From contig JALJEE010002142.1 of assembly GCA_023231475.1 (NCBI GenBank), positions 1-57,328 on the forward strand: a stretch of DNA of 57,328 nt, written 5' to 3'. The stretch's first letter is position 1. The number at the start of each line of letters is the position of its first letter. Shown here piece after piece: positions 1 through 10,937 of this stretch. Origin of the DNA: Seison nebaliae (taxonomy: Eukaryota). Made by a program: the position numbers and the translations under genes. The notes under the pieces are model-generated. The model saw nothing but the letters and a program-made list of their open reading frames with translations. It was not told where the DNA came from and searched no databases.

Positions 1-292
1 TTACAAAACAATTGTACTTCCGCAAGTTTTATTCAACGGATTGATAAACTTAATTGAAGATCCTCAATTAATAATATCATCCTTAATCTCACTCACTCTA
101 TAATTATAATCGACTTTTACGTAGGCCGACCAGCTTACATAAATAAGATAACTCGTAGCATTTTCCTTAAGTGAATACGTAGGAGTCAACAAGTATTTTT
201 CACATCATTCTATTCAATAAAATACTTTGCAGGAAGTAACATATTGGAAAAACATTTTGGAAACGCATGATGACACTCAACTAATATAAAAG

Positions 293-1125
293 TTAAGAAA
301 TCAACAGACGTACATCGTAATAATGGATGGTGTGAGAAAAGACTGCGTGAATATGAAACGGATATCTTTTTCGGATGTGGAAGTTCGAATCATTTGATTT
401 GCATTTATTATGGAGAAAATTAACTCTTCTTTGTGAGAGAAGCAGATATAAACGTTGATATAAGTGTTTAATATGATCAAACGAACGGTTTGAAATCACA
501 ATGTGGTTTGCAGAGGCCTTGACATGAGGAAACGAATTATTTCCAATACGGACATCGTTTGATTCATTCAAATTACAAAGAAGGACATCGATGACTAACT
601 TGAAAAGCCAGGAAACGAAAATTATACCTTGACGAAGAACGGAGTTAACGGAGAAAAGGTCGTTCTGCCAATTGCCGAAAACTACACGTCCGACGTATAA
701 TGCAGCAGAGGTGGTGAAGGATCATGATGATATAAATGATACAGAGTGAATGAAACGTCAACGGAATCGAATGTTTTGGAGACGTCGAGAAAAAAAAGAT
801 GAAGAGAAACGTTCTGTTCCTTGGCGCTTTATATAACTGTCAGGAAATTGATATGGTGAAGAGAAAAGAGTGTTACACGAAAGCGGAACAAGATTAGATT
901 ATCAGCCAATTTTAATACAAAAAGAGAGGTATATATTGGACGGTAAGAATTTGAAGAGGATTAATCTAAATTCAACTTCTTCATAATCGAAATATCTTTG
1001 AAGAGGAAAGAAGCGGAAGAAAAATGATATCCGGATAACGGCAAATTGATGTAGTTAACAGGACTCACAACGGAATGGTACACGTCCACATCCGCCGTTT
1101 GATTCCAACAAATCATGCAGATAAA
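293..1125 (-). mobile_element. Degenerate non-LTR retrotransposon (LINE) reverse transcriptase remnant
   Basis: Minus-strand translation across stops and frameshifts gives RT motifs in order: SSNSYRPI (YRPI at 945-934), FLDVSKTFDSVD (792-757), FSVNSVLRQGIIFVSWLFKLVID (RQG at 634-626), then KASANHIV where AYADDIV is expected and NKCK. The frame is open from 721 to 293, and track ORF 293..571 is its 3' part. Confidence 0.85.
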
Positions 1126-1250
1126 TTAGATATCATTATGATAAAAATGGGTGAAATAACTTATAAATATTGAAATAAGTTATAACATATCCACTTTGTA
1201 ATTTATTGTCGAAAGGTTCTTAATGGGTATTTAGAATAAATTAAATTTCA

Positions 1251-2789
1251 TCATTCTAAAGATTTGTTCTGTGAAGTTATGAATTGATGATTACTATTAT
1301 CGTTAAATTTAATTGACGTTGGAACATCTACAAGAGCGTCTCCACCTTGAAGTTTGAAAGAACATTTTTTTAATAGTTCAAATTGTTCAACAAAACTATT
1401 ATCCAAATCATCAACTGATTCGTAAGGATTTTTAAACTTTTCCATCAAGATTGCATCGATATTTTCATCAGATAACATTTCTGTAAATGTGCCTATGTCT
1501 AATATTTTAAATGCATGATGATCGTTCATTAGAAACCAACTGTTGTTCATTAAACTCAATGAGAAAGTATGCATTCCTCTTGCATTGGTTACCAGGTCTA
1601 AGAGTTCTTCATTCTTAATAAATAGATGACAAGCGGATAAGAAATAAATTTTATACCTATGAACGTAAGAAGCAACTACATCCCTGAAATGATTTGTTTT
1701 ATTTCCTCCAACTTCGACAGTCTTTTCTATGAATTTGTTAACACAATTCTGTAATTCCGAATTATTATAATATATCTTCGGAATGTCTTTAATATTTATT
1801 TCAATTTCCTTTATTAATCGAATGGAAAATGCCACCAATTGATATTGTTTCTGAATATTCTTTATTTTAAATGGAATCATCTGCTTCAAGTGGGTAATCT
1901 TGGGAACGGTGAATATATGACGAGAAAGAAAAAGGGAGAAATCTGGAACAGTTTTCTGAAGAGTTCTCCGTTCTTTAGCTTTTGTAATTGCCATGAAGAA
2001 ATTAGTAAATGTGAGTGGATGAATCCGAATATTAGGTTTAAATTTTATTGAAAAGTGAATTAATTCAGGATAAACATTTTTTTTACTTATATGTTCATGA
2101 AGAACTTCCATTACCGATAGTCCCACATCTGTCGCATAAGAGACTGTGAATGGTTTAGGTCCGAAAAGATCATATTTCATATCTTTTCCATCTACTTCCA
2201 GATTTAATACTTTAATATCATGATAATAATAATAATTAAAATCTTCTGAAATATATTCTGTATGATTCAGTATAGACATCAAATCAGTTAATAATACATG
2301 GAACCGTCGAAAAGATTGTTTATATGTAGCCAATTGTCTTCTTATTATACCATAAGGATCTTCTTCGATAAAACATACCTCGTTATCTGGATCATTATTT
2401 TCGTATGCTTTCATTATACAATAATCTCCCACAACCCCGTACTGACTCTTATATGTTTTATTCCGATAAGTTGAAATAACACCCATCTTTAACACATCAG
2501 ATACACTCAGGTTGAATTGTGGTAATTGAATATTCCCTCCTCGAATATAATCCTTAACCTTATCCATTTCATCATAAAAATTTTCTGCGTGACGTTCATG
2601 TTTGCATTTGATTACATCGCGTAATATTCGAGTTGACATTATCATGCCCAGTAAAACATTAGTTCCGCAGACACCTAATTTCTTGTCGTTAAGATAACCA
2701 GCGACTTTTACAGACGAATTGTCTCCCATCTCGTTTAAATAGGTCCATCTACTTCGCATCCGTCCTATTTTGTAAGTTTTTGCGTTCAT
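1251..2789 (-). CDS. Divergent USP (peptidase C19)-like cysteine protease, paralogue A, 512 aa, single exon
   Basis: Long ORF; the ATG at 2789 (MNAKTYK...RW) aligns with the start of paralogue 7641..9131. Cys-box-like GYLNDKKLGVCGTNVLLG, YQLVAFSI and His-box-like GMHTFSLSLMNNSWFLMND. The CDS is solid; the function is inferred from motifs. Confidence 0.6.
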   Translation of the reverse strand: MNAKTYKIGRMRSRWTYLNEMGDNSSVKVAGYLNDKKLGVCGTNVLLGMIMSTRILRDVIKCKHERHAENFYDEMDKVKDYIRGGNIQLPQFNLSVSDVLKMGVISTYRNKTYKSQYGVVGDYCIMKAYENNDPDNEVCFIEEDPYGIIRRQLATYKQSFRRFHVLLTDLMSILNHTEYISEDFNYYYYHDIKVLNLEVDGKDMKYDLFGPKPFTVSYATDVGLSVMEVLHEHISKKNVYPELIHFSIKFKPNIRIHPLTFTNFFMAITKAKERRTLQKTVPDFSLFLSRHIFTVPKITHLKQMIPFKIKNIQKQYQLVAFSIRLIKEIEINIKDIPKIYYNNSELQNCVNKFIEKTVEVGGNKTNHFRDVVASYVHRYKIYFLSACHLFIKNEELLDLVTNARGMHTFSLSLMNNSWFLMNDHHAFKILDIGTFTEMLSDENIDAILMEKFKNPYESVDDLDNSFVEQFELLKKCSFKLQGGDALVDVPTSIKFNDNSNHQFITSQNKSLE

Positions 2790-3053
2790 TCCGGAAAAGT
2801 AAATCAAAATAAAAACAAAAAAAAATTTAATTAACTGTTTACCTTATTCCTTAAAATTCCATATAACCTACCATCAATCTATTTTTTCCTACATCATATG
2901 AGGATTATGAGAAATTAGAAATATAGATATACGTATATAGATAGGATAATAAAACAATATTTTTCTTATTGAAAATATTTATCTAAATATTTTTTACTTT
3001 TGATTATTTGATATTATTAACTATTTACTCCTTTTGTTTTTTTCTCCAAAAAA

Positions 3054-3295
3054 GGACACTTCTACGCTTTTCATTCGGACAGTTCTACTCGTTTTTTGGA
3101 CAATTACGCACATTTCTACTGCTTTTTCTCTAATATAGGACACTTCTACGCCTTTTTCTTACAAATTAGGACAATTCTACGCCTTTTTTACAAATCAGGA
3201 CAGTTCTACACTTTTAATAACGTAATCAATGTCTCTTTAAAATTTTTTCGAACATTTTTATTCTTTCCTTAACAAAACTTTTCGGACACTTTTAC
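3054..3295. repeat. Array of about 7 GGACANTTCTAC motifs, probable subterminal repeats of a Mutator-like (MULE) DNA transposon
   Basis: Copies start at 3054, 3077, 3098 (degenerate), 3138, 3169, 3198 and 3284. They lie 3' of the transposase fragment, and GGACAGTTCTACTC recurs at 55819. Confidence 0.7.
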
Positions 3296-3397
3296 AAAGT
3301 TTGTTTTACTATACTAATGGAAGTTTGTTCTCAAATGAAATATTTATTTATTGATAATGAAAGAAGGTAAAGAAAAAAAAATATGAAAATTATTTTT

Positions 3398-3688
3398 CTA
3401 AAATTCCGTCGATATCGTTGATACTAGCGATTCGTTTTTCTTAATTTCCGACTTTTTTTTTCGCTTTTTTTCACCGCTTAGAAATAAATTCAACTGAAGT
3501 TTCTCATAATTAAAGTATTTGATTAGAGAGTTTTCGAAAATTGGTAGCGAAGGTCTGTCTAACGGAATTAGATACTTCAGTCCGTTATTTTTACCTTCAA
3601 CCAAATTATTGGTTCGTGGAAGGTTACTAATCGTTCGATTATGATTATTCCACAACTTAGGTGGAAATTTTGAATTATGGTGGATAAC
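3398..3688 (-). mobile_element. MULE transposase C-terminal fragment
   Basis: KFPPKLWNNHNRTISNLPRTNNLVEGKNNGLK matches the FP..WN...PRTNN..E motif that carries the third catalytic Glu of MULE transposases; the N-terminal part is absent. Confidence 0.8.
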
Positions 3689-4388
3689 CTAGTATGCAAT
3701 TAGACGCAAAATAAGCGCTATTTTTGAAGCATTTGAGGGCTTAAAAAAATGCGTTGTTTAGATAACCTCTAATTTGTAGGTCTATTTAGAGCTTGAGAAA
3801 AACATATTGCTTAGCGTCTAAAAAGAGTCGAAAAAGAGTAATAGAGCTCTAAATCACCTTGTATTAAAGCTCTATTAATTATATCTTATTAGAATTAAAG
3901 TAAAAGAGCCTGCTGTGAGGGCTTAAATTGATCTTCTCGAATTTAGCAAGATTCATTGTTGGTTCCCCAACGAACTCATCATTTCAATAAGTAATTTATA
4001 AAGAATAACCACAAAAAAATATCATGAATCCAGAACTAACATAAAAATTAATTTGAAAATTCTACTTAAATTCTTTCTTTTTCTTATTGATAATAAATTT
4101 CTTAAAATCTTTATGTTGGAACACAACTGATTGAACTGATGGGGTATAGATTCCATCAAACTTTTACATTCAAAATCTATCTTAAATTAATAAAAAAACT
4201 TGATTTTTCACATAGAAATTGTTTGATGTCTTTAATGGAAATCTATTCGCGTATATTCAGAAACTTTCGATTTCATCTTGCAATAACGAAATTTTATTTA
4301 TAGGATCATATAATAATGATTATAGTGAACATGAACGTAATAAATGTAATTTCTTCTTCATTTTTGTGATGATAAAAACTGTAATGTT

Positions 4389-5367
4389 TTATTTACTGAA
4401 TTCTCGAAGCAAATCCTCTTTCTTCTTTTTCAGTAACAATTTTTCGATTTCTTCTTCTGAGGGAATATTAATATGAGATCTTAAACGACAATCTTCTGAC
4501 GAGTCAACCATCATTTGATCAACAAAATCATTTTCATCCAAATTATGTTCTCGTCTCCATTTTCTAATTTCATCATTCCTTAACTCTTCTTCTCGCTTCT
4601 TCTCTATTGGCACTATAACTCCGTCTTCTTCATCTAAAGCTCCATAATAATTAATACCAATACTTTGTTGGATTTGCATTCGACTCTTTTTCTTTCTTCT
4701 CGTAGCAACATTATTCATTAATAAATCCTTCACACCTGGTAAATTTTTTGCTTCCCCAAAATATCTGAAACATATTTTGATTTTGAATTCGAAATAATAA
4801 AATCATTTAAACTTATATCCACGCGTTCCACTAATTTCTTGTCCATCGTTATCGATTACATTCGGAGTTAATTTCTAAAAAGATTTAATTTTAAAAAGAA
4901 ACTGACATAAAAATAATTATGAAACTGAATAATCGGGTCCACCTAAAAAAACGATTTGTAATTCCCATCGATATTTTTCCTGCAATAATTGATTAATTTC
5001 GTCATTTAAGTCACGAATCTTATATTCTCCCAATCCGGCTAATTAAATTATAGAGAATAAATTAAAGATAATTAAAAAAAACCATTTTGAATTTGAGCAA
5101 CTTTTTTCGCGACCTGTCCCACAATTTGCCGTCTCCATTTTTCAGCTTTCTTCACATTAGTTTCCATTGTGGCATCTGTTGGACGTTTCTCCTAGAAGGA
5201 AGTTTAAAAGGAAACAAACTAGCAATGGAAAAAGAACCAGAACAATTTTCCCACGTTCCTCTTCCAATTTTTTTGCTCTCCATCGTGCTAAAGCAGTTCT
5301 TAAATTAACATAATATTTAACATAAATAAAACCAATCTAACACTGCCTTTTCAGAATTTCGAGCCAT
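4389..5367 (-). CDS. ISY1: Pre-mRNA splicing factor ISY1, 6 exons, 246 aa
   Basis: Exons 5367-5342, 5298-5244, 5191-5083, 5038-4926, 4874-4813 and 4764-4389 join in frame: [15 protein letters not shown]...[21 protein letters not shown]...GGPDY...[17 protein letters not shown]...[16 protein letters not shown]. Confidence 0.95.
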
Positions 5368-5654
5368 CGTACAAAACGTATGTTAATATGGAGGAAAATT
5401 CTACGATTTTCCTTCTGCCTAATTTTCAAAATTCTTCTTCAAGTTTTTATTTCATAATCGAATTATTGTTATTTTCTTGACTTTTTCATCGTTCAAAAAT
5501 TTCTCCAAGTTTAATTATTAATATTTATTCTCTTTTCTTTCCAATCTCAGACTTGTAAAGTTGTATAATTGGGAGAGAAAATTAATAAAATTAAAATTTA
5601 TAATTCAAAATATAGTTTTCTCTATGCAAATTATATATATATTAAAATTTTCTC

Positions 5655-7304
5655 TTAAGTATCCATTGAAAATAATTTATGGATTCTTAACCACAATGAT
5701 TCATATGTTTGGACATTACGAAGTATTTGTGCTAGTTGTCCAAGAATTGGCCAGTGAATTGTTTTAGACATTTTATCATATAAAGCTCGTTTAACTCGAT
5801 CATAATACATGGGATTCCTTATTAAATGTATCATATAATAACAAATTCCCATTTCTGATTTACTCTTTTCTAATGGTCCAACTACTTCTCGAATTATCAT
5901 AATCCAAAAAGTACATAAATCGACGATTTGTGGTGAACTCATCAATTGGTTCTTATGAACTGTCCATCGACCTAATACTCTTTTTGAAGTAGGCAATCGA
6001 TCTTTCAGAAGGTGTCGATTATAAATTAGGAGAAATACATCGTAAGGTGTATTCATCATCTGAACAATTTTATGACCGAAATCTATCAAATGAGGAAATT
6101 CATTACCATAATCCGAGAGTGGTGTGACGATAATATTCGATTCAGATACCTGACCATGATATGTGGTATATGTCAGTGGTTGAAGCAACTAAGAATTGGT
6201 TTATATGAGTTTTATAATAAATTTAAAACTTTTTCTTCCATTATTGCAAAATGATTAAATGTAAAATGAAGAACTTGTAATTGTTTCAATACCAAAATAA
6301 TAAATCGAATACTCTTCTTAAATACGTCCTTATCATTCGGATGAAGGAAGAATGATGAACGTGAATTCTTTCGAATTACACTCAAATTCCGTCCTCTTAT
6401 GTCATCCATTAATAAACAGTACGAGCCTTGTCCATCAATAAATCTTTCTCCTAATAAATTTCTATGAAACTTCATTCCAAGCATTCATTCCTAACTTTCA
6501 TAGAACTTGAAATGACTTTTGGTTGTACTTTCTGTTATTTCTAAAAGTCTCAATGTATTAAAGAATGTTCCATATGCCAAAAGTGCATTCAACTGTAATA
6601 TAAATTTACTTGCTCTAGTATATACTTAAACGAAAAGAAATTTATATTATTTATCTATAACATAAATGAAACCTTTGAGAACAAAATTTTGATGAAATCG
6701 TTCGACAACATAAACTTGCGAATCTCCTCCTTCTTTCAAACTAAACTATATTCAACAATGCGATGAGACTGAAAGTTCTCATATAAAATAGAACTTTGAA
6801 ATCAAATTTTCTATACGCAGCATGTTTACTTCGAGTACGTCGTTCCGAATGACAAGATGATGTACTTAATAAATTACTAGGCTTTATTACAACAGGTATC
6901 TCCCTATCTACGTCGAAATATTGGTTAGTTTCATTAATTAATAGGGCGGTTTGGTTGAATTTGATGAGAATTGGATTCTTGTCGAAATTGACATTCAACT
7001 TAAGTAATGGAAAGAAACGTCTTGCAAACATTTTCGCTGCATGAACCAAATCTGTCTTAAATTTATCATATCGATTATTATTATAAATTTCATCGGGAAA
7101 CTATGATAAATGTTAATAAATAAATTCAAGAATCGACTTCTAACAAATGCCCTATCCACATAATCATCACTAATTACTAGACCATTTCATCAAAAATAAA
7201 TTTATTAATGAATAATTTGAAATTAAACTTGGTAGCACGAGAGTATAAATTTGAATAAATTGAATTGAGATCACAAGAACGAGTAAATTAAAAACCAGAC
7301 TCAT
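5655..7304 (-). CDS. Signal-peptide-bearing divergent protein kinase-like protein (probable secreted pseudokinase), 7 exons, 456 aa
   Basis: Exons 7304-7229, 7176-7145, 7100-6795, 6745-6673, 6624-6507, 6461-6230 and 6188-5655 join in frame. Hydrophobic N-terminus MSLVFNLLVLVISIQFIQIYT, then kinase-like motifs in order: LKEGGDSQVY, FVLK, LLMDDIRG, YHGQVSESNIIV, LIDFG. Confidence 0.7.
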
Positions 7305-7640
7305 TTTGAAAAAAGGAAAAAATAAAATTAAAATTGAAAAATTGAAATTGCCAAATGAATTTTTTTTCTAAAATAAGGTTTTGGGAACAATTCGTTGGAG
7401 ATACATTGTAATCTCATATGATAATCTTGTTAAATTCTAATCAAGATGATAAACCTGTGATGAAAAATATTTGACTAATCTTCAATTTTTGTTTTCTGAT
7501 TAAGTACATTCTTTCATGATGTATTGTGATAAATATTTTTCGGTGATGTTTTAGTGAAATGAACCAAACATTTTTTTCGACAAACTTCTTTCTTTTTAGT
7601 ATTTTTCGTTTTCTATATTAAAAACATTGTCATCATAACG

Positions 7641-9131
7641 ATGGATATCGAACTTTATAAATCAAGTTTGATGTTTGAAAGATGGAACATGTTAAACATA
7701 ATGGCGAATACTTCGAATAATTTGGTTGCTGGTTATCATAATCATCAATATTTGGGTGTTTGTGGTACAAATGTTTTATTGGGTTTGATAATGTCTAGTA
7801 AAATATTAATAAGCATAATCCAATGTAAACATAGATGTTGTGAAGATAATTTTTATGAAGAAATGAACCACGTTAGGAATTATATTATGGAACGGAGTCT
7901 AAAATTGCCACAACTCGATATTTGTGTATCTGATGTGTTAATGACAGGTATCAGTTCAATTTACAAGAATAAAACATATAAAAGTCCATATGGAGTTGTA
8001 GGTGATTATTGCATTATGAAAGTTTTTAAGAAACATAATCATAGTTTTCCTTTTGATGAAGAGGAACCATATGATCTACTAAAGAGAGAACTGACGATAT
8101 CAATGGAAACTCAAATACGATTCCACGCTTTAATCAACAATTTGTTCTCAACGAATTATAGTCAATATGCGTCCCAACATTTTAGTTACTACTACTACAA
8201 TGAAATAAGACTATTAAATCTGGAAATAATTGCGAAAAATATTCTTTATGATATATTTGAACCTAAACCGTTTACTAAATATTATAAATATGATATTGGA
8301 GAGTATGTGATGGACGTACTAGCCAAAAAATTATCTGAAAACAAAATCTATCCAAATTTAATTCTTTTTTCAATTTACGAAAATCCAAATGTAAGGATCC
8401 ATCCATTTACCTTTAGGTATTTCGTTAAATTAATTGAAGAAACTTATGATCAGGGTATTCTAGAAAAAACATATGCGGTTTTTCCATTTTTTTTTTACCG
8501 GGTTTTATTTACCGTTCCGAAGATCGATGGTTCTAAGCAAATGATTCCTTTTAAAATAGGAAAAAAGGAAGAAATTTATCAACTGAAAGCATTGTCCATC
8601 CGATTAAGATTGGAGGTTATCATATATTCAGATAATATTCCTGAGATATGTGAAGATAAACCACAATTACGCAATTGTATAACGAAATTCATTGAAAAGG
8701 TAAATGAAGCAGCTAGAAATAGAACGGCTGAGATGAGAAAGATAATTTCCTCCTATATTAATAATAATACAGTTGTAATTCGTTCAGTATGTAATGCGCT
8801 CTTGGAAGGTAGAACAGCTTATGATATGGCAGCAGCAAACCCAGGAATGCATACCTTCTCGCTTAGTCTATTGAATGACAGTTGGTTCCTGATGAATGAT
8901 ATGCATTCGTTTAAAATATTAGACATAGAGACTTTTACAGAAATATTATCGGATGAAAGTGTTGATGGAATCTTGCTTGAAAAGACGGAAAATTCTTTTG
9001 AATCCAATCGTGATTCGGAAAATCATTTATCAGAAGGAGATTATCGTTCTTTACGATCTCTAACAGTGAACGAAGAAACAACTACTCTGTCCGTTAATTC
9101 AAAGGGGCATTATAAACCTAATGCTTCATAA
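7641..9131 (+). CDS. Divergent USP (peptidase C19)-like cysteine protease, paralogue B, 496 aa, single exon
   Basis: Co-linear with 1251..2789, sharing LGVCGTNVLLG, YGVVGDYCIMK, KQMIPFKI, GMHTFSLSL and SWFLMND. Putative triad Cys41, His404, Asn419/Asp420. Confidence 0.6.
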   Translation: MDIELYKSSLMFERWNMLNIMANTSNNLVAGYHNHQYLGVCGTNVLLGLIMSSKILISIIQCKHRCCEDNFYEEMNHVRNYIMERSLKLPQLDICVSDVLMTGISSIYKNKTYKSPYGVVGDYCIMKVFKKHNHSFPFDEEEPYDLLKRELTISMETQIRFHALINNLFSTNYSQYASQHFSYYYYNEIRLLNLEIIAKNILYDIFEPKPFTKYYKYDIGEYVMDVLAKKLSENKIYPNLILFSIYENPNVRIHPFTFRYFVKLIEETYDQGILEKTYAVFPFFFYRVLFTVPKIDGSKQMIPFKIGKKEEIYQLKALSIRLRLEVIIYSDNIPEICEDKPQLRNCITKFIEKVNEAARNRTAEMRKIISSYINNNTVVIRSVCNALLEGRTAYDMAAANPGMHTFSLSLLNDSWFLMNDMHSFKILDIETFTEILSDESVDGILLEKTENSFESNRDSENHLSEGDYRSLRSLTVNEETTTLSVNSKGHYKPNAS

Positions 9132-9709
9132 CTTGTCTGTCTTGAGGTCCGCAATTTTATCCGATAGGTTACTGTATGAAACATCAAAGAGAATAAGAGT
9201 AATATATGTTTCTTTATATGAATAATATAATTACAATAAAAACTTCTGACACTTTTGAGGTGTCATAAAATAGATCAGGCCATCTCTGCCCATCAATCGA
9301 CTTCTGCCTAATTAGGTACTCTTCTTTTTTTATTGTTGGAGTGGGCAATTTTTGGATGAGACTAATTTTACGACGAAGAAAATTAATAAATTTTCAAATT
9401 AATTTCGTCTTCTTAATTATTTCACCCATTTCGTCTAAAAAAGAATGAAGTCAACCCACCATTTTCATGTAACTAACCGAAGCTTTATTTTTTTAAAAAC
9501 TTAAACAGTAATTCGTAATTTTTAGTATAATTTGATATTTGAGATATCATTTAAATATTAAGATACGAAAAATGATGTTTCCCAATCCATTAACCACTAA
9601 CTACTTTAAAAGGAAATTTTTAAAATTTTAGGGATTCACCAAAAAGTCTTTAAAAAACTATGAATTGTTTTAATCAAAATCAATCATTCTGAACATTTTA
9701 AATTGTCAG

Positions 9710-10625
9710 TTTTTTTTTATTAATACAACAAATCCCCGCGGGGTAAATTAAAAAGGAAACGAGATAACTCATCAGATGAGTTATTGAAAATAAGTGATTT
9801 GCCTTGATCCACGTGGGTACGTAAAGAGTCAGGAGTGAAGGAATCGATATTAAAGTTGTTGATCATAGAGCGGGCGGCCTCCATAGAAGTAGGTACCGTT
9901 AATGAATAATAGAGCGAAAATAAGTTGATAGGAGAAGAAAATATCTCACATTGATTAAAAGATGGAATCGGAAAATCGGAAGAAGTTACAGATTCTAGTA
10001 ATTTAACGTACCTAACCGCGAGAAGAAGTGGTAAGGGCTTCAGCTGCGAAATAGAGAACATGAAGACTCTGTTGAACGGTTTACCACAACCGAGTAATAC
10101 CGTATTGTTCTGTTGTATGTTTGATCGAGAGATCGTAATGACTTATGAGTTGACGATAATGAGGCAGCGAGACCATAGAAATCACAGCAATAAGTTATAA
10201 ACAATCGAAGTTTCAGCGAAATAGGAAAGAATTTGCAACGATGAAAGAAAGAATAGAACATCCGCAAAAATTTGCATCTAATGTAATCAGTCATTTTCGA
10301 AGACTTTTTTCTATTGTCCAACAGACAACAATTTCTTTCGAAATTATTAAACTAAAATTAATACAAGAAGAAAGATTATAAATGTTCGTCAAAATTTTAG
10401 ATTTAGATTCATTGATTTGAATCCAAATTGTTGCCAATCGAGATTTCACAATGGTGAGGATGTTGTGGCAATTTTTTGCAGAATTGCAGCAAATAACCAT
10501 ATCATCCGCGTAAGAGTATAGTAGCGGAAAAACAAGACTCCCAATTATGAAGGAATAATGATTATTTACATGACAGAGAATTTCATCAACTAATTTACCG
10601 AAAATCCAAGGAGTCAAAATGGCTT
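9710..10625 (-). mobile_element. 5'-truncated, frameshifted LINE copy (RT domain 4 to ORF2 end, plus A-rich tail)
   Basis: QAILTPWIFGKLVD...LYSYADDMV (YADD at 10512-10501)...INESKSK, then IRCKFLRMFY...LKLRLFITYCCDFYG across three shifted ORFs. The stop at 9720 is followed by an A9 run (9718-9710). Confidence 0.85.
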
Positions 10626-10727
10626 GATCCAAATTCCAAAATTTATTGAAGAAATTTTTTTTAGAAATTTTAAATTAATTTTATTGATTATTTTATTTTA
10701 TTACAATATTTTATTTATTAATTCAAT

Positions 10728-10759
10728 TATCTATAGTATAGAATTCTATAGTATAGATA
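10728..10759. repeat. 32-bp near-perfect palindrome built from CTATAGTATAG units
   Basis: TATCTATAGTATAG-AATT-CTATAGTATAGATA, with one mismatched pair; more CTATAC-type units follow to about 10780. Confidence 0.7.
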
Positions 10760-10937
10760 CTACTATACTAATCTATACTAAAGATTCTTTAGTTTATTTG
10801 GATGTCTTGGATAAGCCTGATTTTATTTGTGGCTATTAATTCAAATTAGGAGAGTTTGAAAAAATTCTTTTCAGCCTTTTCATATCATTTTTCATTCATT
10901 AGAATACCTCTCACAATTACGTAAATGATGATTTGAA

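Noticed and set aside
826..835. TATA-box-like TATATAAAG on the minus strand
   Set aside because: It lies inside the decayed RT coding sequence (YIKRQGT region).
2790..2807. TTG start given in the ORF track for the 518-aa ORF
   Set aside because: Eukaryotic gene; the ATG at 2789 aligns with the paralogue's start.
3054..3295. CRISPR-like appearance of spaced short repeats (also 55988-56250)
   Set aside because: Eukaryotic context, degenerate 12-15 bp repeats, short spacers similar to each other, no cas genes and an adjacent MULE transposase.
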